From Candidatus Heimdallarchaeota archaeon (GTDB taxonomy: Archaea > Asgardarchaeota > Heimdallarchaeia > Heimdallarchaeales > Heimdallarchaeaceae): a DNA stretch of 64,000 bases. This document shows positions 37,898 to 48,961 of the stretch, one piece after another; within the stretch, counting starts at the first letter, position 1, and the number at the start of each line of letters is the position of its first letter. The stretch is taken from contig JABCTC010000007.1 of NCBI GenBank assembly GCA_018238545.1, positions 32,087 through 96,086 on the forward strand, written 5' to 3'. The notes under the pieces were generated by a model. It ran no database searches and was not told the DNA's origin. It saw only the letters and a program-made list of their open reading frames with translations. A program made the position numbers and the translations under genes.

Positions 37898-38692
37898 TTA
37901 TTTGATTCTTGTACAAACTGTATTCTTCTCTTTGAGGACATTTAATACTCGTTTATTCTTTTGTCCATTTACTATTATTATCTCATTTACTGATTTAAGA
38001 ATAGAAAGAATACTTTCAACTTTTCCTTCCATTGAGCCAGTAACATCTATTGTTTCTTCTGAGATGCCAGAAATAAAGGACAATGATTCTAAATCTTCAA
38101 CAGCTGCGTTTATCAGGCATTCCTTTTGGTTTGTTTCTGGATTTATAACCATTAGACCATCAACATCTGTAATGAAAATAACTCGATTAGCATGAAAATT
38201 ATTTGCAAGAATATCAATTATAACATCACCGCTAATTATGCTGAAATCATCGTCTTTAGCAAAAACTATATCTCCTGAAAGAACCGGAATTATTCCAAGT
38301 TGCACAGCTTTCTGAATTGGATTAAGAAAATATTTGTATTGCATGTCTTCATTTTCTAAGTAGATTAGGGAGCTAGTTTGAAAGTTCATTGCCTTTATAT
38401 TTGCTTTTGTTAGTTCTTCAACAACAATGGAACTTAATTCATACATATCTTTACGAATTTGCATTAAACCTTGGATTTGCGAAGATATTTTAAATCCTGA
38501 AGTTATTTCGTATTCTTTAGCTTTAATGTGTCCAAAGGATCCAGCTCCATGAACAATAATACAAGGATTCCCCCACTCTCCTATCTGCTGACATATCTCT
38601 CTTAATTTAAGCATATTGATTTTCTTATACTTAGTTTTGTCTGTAATAACGGCTCCACCTAATTTGATAATGTCAATGCTATTATTATTCAC
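37898..38692 (-). CDS. ipk: Isopentenyl phosphate kinase
   Basis: IKLGGAVITDK, VHGAGSFGH, PVLSGD, SGD, DVDG, DVTGSMEGK; follows mvk. Confidence 0.93.
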   Translation of the reverse strand: MNNNSIDIIKLGGAVITDKTKYKKINMLKLREICQQIGEWGNPCIIVHGAGSFGHIKAKEYEITSGFKISSQIQGLMQIRKDMYELSSIVVEELTKANIKAMNFQTSSLIYLENEDMQYKYFLNPIQKAVQLGIIPVLSGDIVFAKDDDFSIISGDVIIDILANNFHANRVIFITDVDGLMVINPETNQKECLINAAVEDLESLSFISGISEETIDVTGSMEGKVESILSILKSVNEIIIVNGQKNKRVLNVLKEKNTVCTRIK

Positions 38693-39710
38693 CTTGAACA
38701 CCTCTTTCAGATAAACTGGACATGAATGCTTGGAAACCTCTACTATTCATCTTTTCTATAGCTCTATTTGCTTTTTGGTAATCATCAAACAAACCGATTA
38801 CACACCCCCCTCCTCCGGCTCCTGTTAATTTACTCCCCAATGAACCAAGTTGTACCAGCGAATTAGTAAGATTTGTGAGAATTGGGAGGCTTACTCCTAA
38901 CTTCTCAAGTAGAAGATGATTTTGTGTCATTAAGTTTCCTAGTTTTGAAATGTTGCCTTCCATCAAACTTGATTTGGCAATTGCTGTTAATTCCCCTATT
39001 TCCTCTAGAATCTTCTGGTATTTTGTTGTGTCTTCTTCCAGTGACTTTGCAACCTTCTCAACATACGTTTTTGTGTTTCTTGGGATGCCACTATTTACTA
39101 TTACAACATAGGAAAGAAAATCGGGTATGTTTAATTGAGAGAATTTTTTTTCTTTGTAGAACTGAATCCCACCGTAAGTTGAGATTGTATTGTCAACACC
39201 AGAAGGATTTCCATGAATGATTTTTTCTGCTTCAAAAGCTAATTCATTTAATTCTTCCATAGAGAGCTCAAGTTCCATAAAAGCAGATAAACTTGCTAAA
39301 GAAGCTACTGAGTTGGCTGCGCTAGATCCTAAACCGATACCTGGAGGGATTTCTGAGTTGATATGAATATGGGGGTGTTTGTTAATAGTTGACAGGCTAA
39401 GAACTTTCTCAGTAATGAAATAGTAAGCGGGGTTAACTGGTTGTTCATAATTTGAATCCTGTTCACTGAACTCTTTTTGTTCTTTATTCATTATATATTT
39501 CTTCTTCAATCTTGTTGAGGAAGCATTTAATGAATAGTTTGAAGAAATTGAAAGTAGCACTTCTTTTTGTGATGATTTCGTTACTATACACTTTGTTCTC
39601 AAGTTAATTGCTGTGACGATTGCGGGATGTCCATATACAACTGAATGTTCACCAAAGAGGATAATTTTTCCAGGTGCTGAGAAAATGGTTCTGTTGGCAT
39701 CCATGAACAT
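38685..39710 (-). CDS. mvk: Mevalonate kinase
   Basis: SAPGKIILFGEHSVVYG, PPGIGLGSSAA, HGNPSGVD, KLTGAGGGG. Confidence 0.96.
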   Translation of the reverse strand: MFMDANRTIFSAPGKIILFGEHSVVYGHPAIVTAINLRTKCIVTKSSQKEVLLSISSNYSLNASSTRLKKKYIMNKEQKEFSEQDSNYEQPVNPAYYFITEKVLSLSTINKHPHIHINSEIPPGIGLGSSAANSVASLASLSAFMELELSMEELNELAFEAEKIIHGNPSGVDNTISTYGGIQFYKEKKFSQLNIPDFLSYVVIVNSGIPRNTKTYVEKVAKSLEEDTTKYQKILEEIGELTAIAKSSLMEGNISKLGNLMTQNHLLLEKLGVSLPILTNLTNSLVQLGSLGSKLTGAGGGGCVIGLFDDYQKANRAIEKMNSRGFQAFMSSLSERGVQGE

Positions 39711-39758
39711 ACTTACTTTTTAATAAATAAAATGTTTTGGAAAAGAAGAAGGAAAGAT

Positions 39759-40394
39759 TTATTCCCTTAATAACTTAAATGAGAAATCTTCAACAGATGC
39801 AGGAAGCTCTTCTGTCTCTCCTAGTTCTCCTCTTGCTCGGAGGATTTCTCTTGTTAACAAGAAATAAACTTGAGCTAAAGATTTTCTTCCTTTATTATTT
39901 ACTGGAATGATTAAATCAACATTGTTAGTTAAATTATCTGTATCACACAAAGCTACAACAGGTATTCCCATCAATGAAGCTTCAGTTAGCGCTTGTCTAT
40001 CTGCTCGAGGATCAGTAAGCATGACTACATCTGGTTCAATATACCCTTCATAAGAGGGGTTAGTTAATGTCCCAGGTATAAATCTTCCAGGAATTACTTT
40101 GAAACCTGCCATTCTTGCCATTTTTGTACTAGGCACAGAAGCATATTGTCTTGTAGCAAACACAGCTACTTTCGATGATTCGAAACGACTCAAAAATTTG
40201 GCTGCAATTCGAATGCGTTCATCGGTTGCGTTAACATCTAGTACGTAAATTCCATCGTTACGAACACGATACTTGAATGGTTCCATAAATTTGGTACAAA
40301 CACTTGTCCCAATATGAATACCAGAAACAAGATATATGTCACGTGGAATTAATAGTACCTCTTCTTCGGTTTTTTTGTTCATGTCTTCTGACAT
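39759..40394 (-). CDS. rps2: 30S ribosomal protein S2
   Basis: GIHIGT, R.DG.YVLD, GRFIPGTLTNP, DTDN, IPVNNKGRKS. Confidence 0.97.
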   Translation of the reverse strand: MSEDMNKKTEEEVLLIPRDIYLVSGIHIGTSVCTKFMEPFKYRVRNDGIYVLDVNATDERIRIAAKFLSRFESSKVAVFATRQYASVPSTKMARMAGFKVIPGRFIPGTLTNPSYEGYIEPDVVMLTDPRADRQALTEASLMGIPVVALCDTDNLTNNVDLIIPVNNKGRKSLAQVYFLLTREILRARGELGETEELPASVEDFSFKLLRE

Positions 40395-40507
40395 TTTTAA
40401 TCCTCTTTAATTAAAGCTTTCAATCTCACAATATATGAGCAATAAGCCCTCGAAAATTTTGATTAAAAACTTTCTGTTCTTTAAGTTTGGTAATAATGGA
40501 TGATTAA

Positions 40508-40699
40508 TTAGGTAAAAGGTAAAAATTCATCAATCAAATCAATATGAGAAATGAGCATTCTTCTACAACACCAGCGTTTTACTCCAAGATCATCTAAAAC
40601 TTTATCTGGATTATCTCCATCTACTGTTCTCTTATTAAAATCATCCCACTTATCAGCTATTAAACCACCACAAGTAAAACATCTTACTGGAACAATCAT
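40508..40699 (-). CDS. rpoN: RNA polymerase subunit N (Rpo10)
   Basis: PVRCFTCG...[14 protein letters not shown]. Confidence 0.97.
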   Translation of the reverse strand: MIVPVRCFTCGGLIADKWDDFNKRTVDGDNPDKVLDDLGVKRWCCRRMLISHIDLIDEFLPFT

Positions 40700-40754
40700 T
40701 TCAGTCAATTTCTCCATTATACTTCAACATTTAACTATTTTGATTGTTGTGTCT

Positions 40755-41927
40755 TCAAAAACCCCAATCTCTAGCTATCAAGAACCCTCTATATAACCAG
40801 TAGAGACCAATGGGATTGGTCAACAAAGTAGGTCTAAGCAGAATTTTTCTGAGCGTTTTATAAATTTCAGCACCCTCTATTCGGTTTATATATTTATTAT
40901 CGAATACTTCTCCGAGTTTTGCAAGAAATTTATTTGACCTAGAATAGAAGAATCTGTGACATTGAAAATTGATTCTTTTCATGAATTTAAATTGTCTCAA
41001 TTTTTCCTCATATATTCTGTGGTTAAAGTTGACTTGATCAGTTTCCATTTTCAGGATCTCGCTAGCCGCATTTCCTGCGACCCGTCCGCTTGTCATCGCC
41101 ATGCGAATTCCACCGTAAAATATTGGATTTACCATACCTGCTGTATCGCCTGCTAATAAAACCCGATTATGATACAATTTTTTCAACGGACCATGCATGG
41201 GTATCTGCCCACCAATTTTTTTCAGAACACTTCCTGTAATTCCTCTTTTCTTAAGAAAATTATCTAAACGTTGTTTTCTATCTTTGGCTGTTGTAACTAT
41301 GCCTACATTAGTCTCTCCTTCTCTTGGGAAAACCCAACAATAACCAAAAGGAAATTTTTTTGAATCAAAATGAAACTCTAGTTTGTCACTCCATTCTTCT
41401 TTCACCTTATATTCAAAACCTTTAATCATGGGTGAAGGTGTTTGGAAATTTAGTGTTTTTGCAAGTTGTGCATTAGGTCCTTCTGCGAGAATAAGTAGTT
41501 TAGCAAGATATTCGGAATTACTTTCACCTTTTGTCTTTATAACGACCCCATCTGTTTTTCTTTTAATATCTGTAACTTTGGTTGCTGTAAATATTTCTGC
41601 GCCCAAATCCATAGCTTTTTTTGACAAATACTGATCGAACTTATCCCTACGTATCATAGTTGCCCGAATATCTCCGAGAATAGTCTTATTTTCAGGAAAT
41701 ATTAGATGACATGTATCTAGTTCTTTGACACTGAAAGATTTGTCTCCTTTTGGCAGGTTGAAATCATTAAAAGCATGTATGCTTAGCCCCTCACCACATT
41801 GAATAGGTTCACCAATTGTAGAGTGTTCCTCAAAGAGAATTGGTTTAATTCCTTTATTAGCTAGAGTAATTGCAGCTTGCAATCCTGCTGGTCCACCTCC
41901 AACAATCGCTACTCCCACTTCATTCAT
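40755..41927 (-). CDS. Geranylgeranyl reductase family flavoprotein
   Basis: GGGPAG, QCGEG, RDKFD, P.GYCWVFP, GDTAG..NP..GGI. Confidence 0.9.
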   Translation of the reverse strand: MNEVGVAIVGGGPAGLQAAITLANKGIKPILFEEHSTIGEPIQCGEGLSIHAFNDFNLPKGDKSFSVKELDTCHLIFPENKTILGDIRATMIRRDKFDQYLSKKAMDLGAEIFTATKVTDIKRKTDGVVIKTKGESNSEYLAKLLILAEGPNAQLAKTLNFQTPSPMIKGFEYKVKEEWSDKLEFHFDSKKFPFGYCWVFPREGETNVGIVTTAKDRKQRLDNFLKKRGITGSVLKKIGGQIPMHGPLKKLYHNRVLLAGDTAGMVNPIFYGGIRMAMTSGRVAGNAASEILKMETDQVNFNHRIYEEKLRQFKFMKRINFQCHRFFYSRSNKFLAKLGEVFDNKYINRIEGAEIYKTLRKILLRPTLLTNPIGLYWLYRGFLIARDWGF

Positions 41928-42092
41928 AATTATGCTCTTTCTAACTAATTCAAAAATATAACGTATTGAAATTTTATATCTTCAACCAATTTGTTTTTAT
42001 TTTAATTTTGTTGAAGAAGGAATGTTGATATTGACATTTTGAGCTGTAAAAGGGTCATTTAGGAAATTCAATCAAACGGAAAAGTGATTGAA

Positions 42093-43898
42093 ATGTCGAA
42101 AATAATAGATAAAAATACTGGTAAAAGATTAAGAAGTCCAATCGGTGTAATTCTTGGTCATGTAGATTCAGGTAAAACTAGTTTACTTGATAAAGTCAGG
42201 GGAACTGCTGTTCAAGCTAGAGAAGCAGCAGGGATTACTCAACATGTTGGTGCATCTTTTTTCCCATCAGAGACAATTATTGATGTTTGTGGGACTTTGA
42301 TGGAATCGGCAAACATAAAACTAGACATACCTGGCGTTCTAATTGTGGATACGCCTGGACACGCAGCATTCATGAACTTAAGAAAACGCGGAGCATCAGT
42401 TGCAGATATAGCTATCTTGGTAGTTGACGTTACTAGGGGTTTTCAAGCTCAAACGTATGAATCTTTAGACATACTTCGTGCTAGAAAAACCCCATTCATC
42501 ATTGCAGCAAATAAAATTGATAGAATTTCAAGTTGGAAATCAGTTCCGAATGCAACTTTTAGACAAACATATGACAAACAAAATTCAAAGGCTAAAGCTG
42601 ACATGGATGGTCGTATTTATGAAATAATGGGAGAACTATCTGAACTAAACATGGAAGGCGATAGATACGATAGAGTAAAAGATTTCAAAAAGGCTGTCGC
42701 TATTGTTCCAACAAGTGCAAAATCAGGTGAAGGTATCCCTGATCTTTTCTTGGTGTTATCTGGTTTAACGCAACAATTCATGATGAAAAAACTTGAGTAC
42801 AGTGAAGGGCCTGGTGTTGGAACTGTTCTTGAAGTTAAAGAGGAGGAAGGCTTAGGAACCACCATCGATGTTATCCTTTATGAGGGAATGATTAAGAAGA
42901 TTGATCAAATCGTGGTTGGGGGGAGAGAAGAACCCGCTTTGCTGAAAATCCGTGCACTTCTTGAACCTAAAGAACTTGATGAGATGAGAGATCCCAAAGA
43001 CAAGTTCAAAGGTGTAGATGTGATTTATGCATCTGCTGGTATAAAGATAGCTGCACCAGGTTTAGAAGATGCTTTGGCTGGGGCACCTATACGTGTTGCA
43101 CCTAAAGGCATGGAAGATGAAATATTCGATATGGTAGCTGATGAGCTTGAAGGTTTCAGAATAGAGACTAAAACTGATGGTATCATTCTGAAAGTTGATA
43201 CTCTAGGGAGTCTTGAAGCAATAGTTGACATGATAAAAGAAAAAAATATTCCTATACAGAAAGCAGACATTGGAGATGTAAATAAGAAAGATGTAATTGA
43301 TGCCGCGATTGTTGGTGAGAAAACTCCAGAATATTCTGCTATATTGTGTTTCAATGTTAACGTTCTTGACGGTGCTCAAGAAGAAGTGGAAGTAAATGAC
43401 ATCAAAATATTTTCAAGTAATGTTATCTACAATCTTATTGATGACTATGAGCGATGGATGATTGATGTAAAGGAATCTATAAAGACTGATTCTTTGAAAG
43501 ATTTGATGATGCCAGGGAAAATACTACTACTGCCAAATCATACATTTAGGGCCAGTAAACCTGCAATTGTTGGAATAGAGGTCTTAGGGGGGCGAATTGC
43601 TCCTAAACTTATGTTGATTAGAGAAGATAATAAGCGCGTTGGTAGAATACGTCAGCTTCAGGATCAGCAAGAATCTGTTCGTGAAGTTAGAAAGGGAAAG
43701 CAAGTTGCAATGTCTATACGCGGACCTACTGTTGGTAGACAAATAAGAGAAGGTGACATTCTATATGTTGATGTACCCGAAAAACATGCTGTTTTACTTA
43801 TGAAGCGATATCGTGATATGATTACAGCTGATGACATAGAAATTCTTGAAGAGCTAACTAAGATAAAAAGAGAACATGTTAGTAAGTTCTGGGGATGA
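42093..43898 (+). CDS. infB: Translation initiation factor IF-2 (aIF5B), no intein
   Basis: GHVDSGKT, AGITQHVGA, DTPGH, NKID, SAKSGEG, DTLGSLEA. Confidence 0.97.
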   Translation: MSKIIDKNTGKRLRSPIGVILGHVDSGKTSLLDKVRGTAVQAREAAGITQHVGASFFPSETIIDVCGTLMESANIKLDIPGVLIVDTPGHAAFMNLRKRGASVADIAILVVDVTRGFQAQTYESLDILRARKTPFIIAANKIDRISSWKSVPNATFRQTYDKQNSKAKADMDGRIYEIMGELSELNMEGDRYDRVKDFKKAVAIVPTSAKSGEGIPDLFLVLSGLTQQFMMKKLEYSEGPGVGTVLEVKEEEGLGTTIDVILYEGMIKKIDQIVVGGREEPALLKIRALLEPKELDEMRDPKDKFKGVDVIYASAGIKIAAPGLEDALAGAPIRVAPKGMEDEIFDMVADELEGFRIETKTDGIILKVDTLGSLEAIVDMIKEKNIPIQKADIGDVNKKDVIDAAIVGEKTPEYSAILCFNVNVLDGAQEEVEVNDIKIFSSNVIYNLIDDYERWMIDVKESIKTDSLKDLMMPGKILLLPNHTFRASKPAIVGIEVLGGRIAPKLMLIREDNKRVGRIRQLQDQQESVREVRKGKQVAMSIRGPTVGRQIREGDILYVDVPEKHAVLLMKRYRDMITADDIEILEELTKIKREHVSKFWG

Positions 43899-44104
43899 GT
43901 TAATTTCTCCTACATTTTCCAAATAGAAAAAAGTGAGAGCATTTCAAGACTCAGCCTAGACCAGTGTCGTGTAATGAAAAACAAGATTTTCATAGGGATG
44001 TAACTGCACAAAAATGAAAAGGTATACTATCCAATTTGTGACAGAACCGGTCGTCAGGAATCATCTCTTGTACTAGAGGGAACTCATTATCGAACCTATC
44101 AATG

Positions 44105-44430
44105 TTAAGTAAATGACAAGTCCTCTACCTCCGTTTCACTCTCTAATACTTCTTGCATCTTTTCTGCTGTATATTCTCCTCCCCATAGTTCCAATGCTGT
44201 TACTGCTTCCCCACATCTTCCCTCTTTCTCTCCACTCTCTGTTCCTCGTAGAAGTGGTTTATGAAGAATTGTAGATCATCTGCCCCTGTTATTTTGTTTC
44301 TTGCTAATTCTATCTTTTCTTCTCCTTTCCCTTTTGCATAGATTATGAATATCATCTTCCAGTTCATACTTCTTCTGACTTCTTATCCCACAATTGCTTT
44401 ATAAACTGGTAAAATACTTTTTTACCTCCT
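44105..44430 (-). pseudogene. Degraded, purine-rich gene remnant of unknown family
   Basis: AGGAGGT SD (44424-44430), decayed start, 55-aa ORF 44200-44367 and an overlapping second frame ending at 44105. Confidence 0.4.
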
Positions 44431-44531
44431 TTATATAGCAATTTTTCTTATATTTAGTTTAGCTAAGTAAAAAATGTCAACCTCTACTTGGCTTGTTCCT
44501 GAGTTTACCTGGGGGTATTTCTGGCACTAAA

Positions 44532-45875
44532 TTATGTTTTCCACCAATTGTCAATCAGAACAAACGAATTTTTTAGTGGTAAGTTATTTCTTCTGTGGGG
44601 CTTTACTAGATGCCTTTGTGCTTGAGCTGGAGGAATGTATAACCCCCTTGATAGTTTCCTATCAATCGGTTTTCTAACTTTTGTTGACTCTCGATTTTTA
44701 TAACCACATTTTCTACATTTATATCCCTTGTTTAAACCATTGCTTACCATACGGTTATTGCAAGAAGGGCAAAATGGGGATTCTTCTTTGAAATGGTCAG
44801 CTATAGACAAAATCTCACATTTCTCTAGTTGAATTGTAAACCCTTTGAATTCTTTTTTGTATTTTACACCTCCAAAAGCCATAATTCTATCCTCTGGAAG
44901 AAGTTTTTTGATAATGTCTCTGAAACCTTTACTTGGTTCGAAGGCCGCAATATCTACCTTGCTCTTGTTTTTTAGTAATTCTCCGTGAGATATAACATGT
45001 CCACCTGGAATTACTTTTGGTTTCTCTGTGACCTTTATCTCCCCCTTGAATACGTTGAAATTTACTACGTCTGAACTAGCATATTCAAAATGTTGATCAG
45101 TGGCTTGATTTGTACGAAAGATGCAATATGCGCTGATTTGTTCCTTTGTCTTTATTTTCTTCATCATTTCAAGAAGAATTGTTGGTTCCTCTCCTCTGAT
45201 TCCATATAGGACAGGATCTGGACCAGCAGGTGCAATAATAATATTATTAGATTCTTCATCAATATTGTTGAATACTTGAGGTGAGTATTTTTTATCAGCT
45301 TGAATAAGTGATTCGTAATCTATTTCTCTTTTTTTCTTAATGTTTTGAGGTAGTCGATATGTTAAAAGTTCATATGTAAAATCTTCGCACTCTGGTTGCA
45401 AAGTATTACCGATCGCTGCAATGCTTCCAATCAACCCTCTACCATTTCCAATCGTATAATGTTTGAAACAAAATTTTTCTGCAAAATCTTTAGCCGTTTC
45501 AATTGATATGACTTCAGTTAGTGCTTTATATGAAAACTGTTTCAATTCTTGAGGAATTTCTCCCTTGGCAATTACCAAACCAGGATTTGTATTATTATTT
45601 TCTTCAGACATTTCATTTAATATATTTATAGCCCTCTCTACAATTGATTCAATTTTATCCTCTTCAACTTTGAGAGTTAATCCTATAGCACCATTACCTC
45701 TTGTTTTCCATGGTATATTTGGGTTATTACGAATAAGACGGGGATAGTCTAAGAACTCAACATCATTGGATATTCTCTCTACTAATCTCAGAGCTAAAAA
45801 AGTTGTACAGCCACCTCTTAAAGAGTCTGTATCATCAAATCCAATGTGAACAGTTGTTTCCCGTAAATCTGACAA
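44532..45875 (-). CDS. tiaS: tRNA(Ile2) 2-agmatinylcytidine synthetase
   Basis: IGFDDTDS..GGCTT, PRLIR.NPNIPWKTRGNGA, GRGLIG, PDPVLYGIRG, TNQATD.H, zinc ribbon, RHL.KP. Confidence 0.95.
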   Translation of the reverse strand: MSDLRETTVHIGFDDTDSLRGGCTTFLALRLVERISNDVEFLDYPRLIRNNPNIPWKTRGNGAIGLTLKVEEDKIESIVERAINILNEMSEENNNTNPGLVIAKGEIPQELKQFSYKALTEVISIETAKDFAEKFCFKHYTIGNGRGLIGSIAAIGNTLQPECEDFTYELLTYRLPQNIKKKREIDYESLIQADKKYSPQVFNNIDEESNNIIIAPAGPDPVLYGIRGEEPTILLEMMKKIKTKEQISAYCIFRTNQATDQHFEYASSDVVNFNVFKGEIKVTEKPKVIPGGHVISHGELLKNKSKVDIAAFEPSKGFRDIIKKLLPEDRIMAFGGVKYKKEFKGFTIQLEKCEILSIADHFKEESPFCPSCNNRMVSNGLNKGYKCRKCGYKNRESTKVRKPIDRKLSRGLYIPPAQAQRHLVKPHRRNNLPLKNSFVLIDNWWKT

Positions 45876-45915
45876 TTTAATACATAATGTTTTTCAGTTT
45901 TAATATTAAAAAATA

Positions 45916-46671
45916 TTAGATAGAATACCAAATTTCTCCTTGTCGATCTTCTTTAATTATTATACATTCTGTTTGGTTTGCGAGAACTTCAATTCTGTTA
46001 TGTAGTTCTCCTCTCCACATTCTCATCCAACTAGCTAATTCAGAAAGCGATACTCTGTTATCTGATCTGTTAATAATTATCTTGAATATTCTTCGATAAA
46101 TCTCACGATCATGATAATTTGGAACTATTTCTTCAATTATACGATTAAATCTATTATATGCTTCATTGATTTCTTCAACACACACTTGCCTTCTTTCATC
46201 CAGAACTTTTAACTCATTTATCTTCTTTGAAATTAAATCTCGAATTTTCACTGATTCTTGTTTTAACTCCTTCCTAAGTTCTTCTTTTCTTATCTTTAGA
46301 GCCGTTTCTGTTATTTCTAATTTGGTATCTTTTTCTTTTCCTACACTTACACTAGTTGGTAAATATTTTACATTAAAGGTATTCTGTCCTACATCTATTA
46401 TTAATGAAAACGCCTGATTCAGACTTGCGTACTTGCGAAATGGTCCTTTGTCACTTTTTCTTTCTTCAATAGAAACTATGCCCAGTTTCTTCAATTCTTC
46501 AAGATATTTTCCGATAATTCGTGGTGATATATCCATCATTCTGGATATTTGGAATGAATACAAATCCTCATCTGACAGAAGTTCAAGAATTCTCCTCCTT
46601 GTATTATTTGAAAGAAATTCTAGCAATTCGAAAACATCAGTTTCTTCACTTTCATTACCTGTTCCTAGCAT
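45916..46671 (-). CDS. ArsR-family HTH regulator with coiled coil (Phr/HSR1-like heat-shock regulator)
   Basis: LSNNTRRRILELL...ISRMMDIS...L.EL.K.GIV...GPFRKY; in operon with cdc48 and hsp20. Confidence 0.8.
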   Translation of the reverse strand: MLGTGNESEETDVFELLEFLSNNTRRRILELLSDEDLYSFQISRMMDISPRIIGKYLEELKKLGIVSIEERKSDKGPFRKYASLNQAFSLIIDVGQNTFNVKYLPTSVSVGKEKDTKLEITETALKIRKEELRKELKQESVKIRDLISKKINELKVLDERRQVCVEEINEAYNRFNRIIEEIVPNYHDREIYRRIFKIIINRSDNRVSLSELASWMRMWRGELHNRIEVLANQTECIIIKEDRQGEIWYSI

Positions 46672-46702
46672 TTATATCCCCTTTTAGCTGAAGAAGAAGG
46701 GA

Positions 46703-48934
46703 TTAAACAAATCCCAAATCTTTCTTAGTTTCATCTTTTCTCATGTCTTTGCCGATTGAAACAGCTCTGTCTTTGGTTGGTTTCGTTTGTTCTAGGGCTT
46801 CTAGAAGAATTTCTTGAGTGATATTACAATCTAATTTTTCAGCATCAAATTTCTTACTTTCTTCTATTTCATTCCCAAACTTTTCAACATAGTTTTTTAT
46901 TGCAATAAGCTTGCTTTCACTACACAATGCAGCAATGTCTGCTCCATTGAAACCTTCAGTTTCTTTCGATAAAACATCTATATTAACATTTTCTGATAAA
47001 GGTGTTTCCTTAAGGTGTATAGAAAAGATTTGTTTTCTGCTTTCAAAATTTGGTGAATCAACTCGCACTAGACGATCGAACCTACCTGGACGGAGAAGCG
47101 CAGGATCAACCATGTCTGGTCTGTTAGTTGCTGCTATTACCACAACGTTTCTTAGTTCTTCTAATCCATCTAATTCTGTTAATAACTGACTAATAACTCT
47201 CTCAGTGACTCCAGAATCTGTACTTCTTCCTCTGACGGGCGTTATAGAATCCACTTCATCTAAAAAGATAATACATGGTGATGCTTGTCTAGCTTTTCTG
47301 AAAATCTCACGAATAGCTTTCTCACTTTCTCCAACCCACTTCGAGAGAATTTCTGGACCCTTTACTGAGATGAAATTTGCTTCAGATTCATGTGCAACTG
47401 CTTTTGCAATTAGAGTTTTGCCTGTTCCTGGTGGACCATATAATAAAACACCCTTAGGTGATTTGGCATTCATTGCCTTATATATTTCTTTGAATTTAAG
47501 AGGCCACTCAACAATTCTTTGCATCTCTTGTTTTACATTATTTAATCCCCCAATATCTTCCCAAGTGACATTTGGGACTTCAACAAAAACCTCTCTCAAG
47601 GCTGAGGGTTCAATTGTTCGTAAAGCATTGCGAAAGTCCTCATTAATAACATTGATTTTTTGTAAAACTTCCATGGGTACTTCTTCATCTTCAAGATTCA
47701 ATTCAGGAAGCATTCTTCGTAGAGAATGCATTGCTGATTCTTTGACCAATGCAGAAATATCTGCACCAACAAATCCATGAGTCAAATCTGCTAGTCGATT
47801 GAGATCTACATCCTTATCAATTGGCATACCTCTTGTGTGAATCAATAGGACTTCATACCTTCCATCTCTATCTGGGATGCCAATTTCTATCTCTCGATCA
47901 AATCTTCCCGGTCGTCTTAGAGCTGGATCTATCGAATTAACTCGATTAGTTGCACCAATAACAATTACTTGTCCTCTAGATTCTAACCCATCCATAAGAG
48001 CCAACATCTGAGCAACTATTCTTCTTTCAACTTCGCCAGTTACTTCCTCTCTTTTTGGTGCAATAGCATCTAACTCGTCGATGAATAAAATACTTGGGGC
48101 GTTATCTGACGCTTCCTTGAATAAATCTCTAAGTTTTTGCTCTGATTCCCCATAGAATTTTGACATGATTTCAGGACCTGAGAGCACATAAAAATTTGCT
48201 TCAGTTTCATTAGCAACAGCTCGGGCTAAAAGTGTCTTCCCTGTTCCTGGAGGTCCATGTAACAGCACTCCTTTTGGTGGTTCTATCCCTAATCTCTTGA
48301 ATAGTTCTGGGTGACGAAGTGGTAATTCTATCATTTCTCGAATTCTTGATATCTCTTCGGAAAGACCACCGATGTCTTCATATGAAAGCCTCTCAATTTC
48401 TCGAGCCTTGATGTCTTCCCATTGCTTGTCACTAATCTGTATGTTGGTTTCTGATGTCATGATGACAGCATCAGAAGTAGGAGTGACAGACGCTACACCA
48501 AGATAGAGTTTACGGGACATTCCAAGACCTATCGGTATAATATCACCAGTTGTTATCACTCTATCCTCTAATGTTTGCTTCAACCACTTTTCTAAACCTT
48601 GAACATGAATTTTTTCAGTAGGTGCAAACACTATTTTTCTGCCTTTTTGAGCTGATGATTTTGTAATTGTCACTCTTTCATCAATACCTATTTCAGCATT
48701 CATTCTTATCATACGATCAAGCCGAACTACATTTTTTCCAAAATCTTCTGGATCCCCTCTCCATGCTCTAGCATAAGTCTTCTTTGCTCCTTCGATGCAG
48801 ACTATATCTCCAGTACCAATTTTCAGTTCATCTGCTACATCTTGAGATATTCTTATTATTCCTCGCCCTACATCTCGTTGAAGAGCCTCTTTTACTCTTA
48901 GTTGTTTTTCTTTATCTTCACTATTTATTGACAT
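46703..48934 (-). CDS. cdc48: CDC48/VCP family AAA+ ATPase
   Basis: N domain DVGRGIIR; two GPPGTGKT motifs; [12 protein letters not shown]; [12 protein letters not shown]. Confidence 0.96.
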   Translation of the reverse strand: MSINSEDKEKQLRVKEALQRDVGRGIIRISQDVADELKIGTGDIVCIEGAKKTYARAWRGDPEDFGKNVVRLDRMIRMNAEIGIDERVTITKSSAQKGRKIVFAPTEKIHVQGLEKWLKQTLEDRVITTGDIIPIGLGMSRKLYLGVASVTPTSDAVIMTSETNIQISDKQWEDIKAREIERLSYEDIGGLSEEISRIREMIELPLRHPELFKRLGIEPPKGVLLHGPPGTGKTLLARAVANETEANFYVLSGPEIMSKFYGESEQKLRDLFKEASDNAPSILFIDELDAIAPKREEVTGEVERRIVAQMLALMDGLESRGQVIVIGATNRVNSIDPALRRPGRFDREIEIGIPDRDGRYEVLLIHTRGMPIDKDVDLNRLADLTHGFVGADISALVKESAMHSLRRMLPELNLEDEEVPMEVLQKINVINEDFRNALRTIEPSALREVFVEVPNVTWEDIGGLNNVKQEMQRIVEWPLKFKEIYKAMNAKSPKGVLLYGPPGTGKTLIAKAVAHESEANFISVKGPEILSKWVGESEKAIREIFRKARQASPCIIFLDEVDSITPVRGRSTDSGVTERVISQLLTELDGLEELRNVVVIAATNRPDMVDPALLRPGRFDRLVRVDSPNFESRKQIFSIHLKETPLSENVNIDVLSKETEGFNGADIAALCSESKLIAIKNYVEKFGNEIEESKKFDAEKLDCNITQEILLEALEQTKPTKDRAVSIGKDMRKDETKKDLGFV

Positions 48935-48961
48935 AATTTATCACCATAATTACAAAAAAAA

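Noticed and set aside
43930-44530. RNase P or SRP RNA
   Set aside because: Conserved GAGGAAxxUCC and SRP helix-8 motifs not found in the correct order; region is not GC-rich or obviously structured.
47205-47780. 191-aa ORF and the many other short antisense ORFs in the track
   Set aside because: Shadow frames opposite well-conserved genes, with no motifs of their own.
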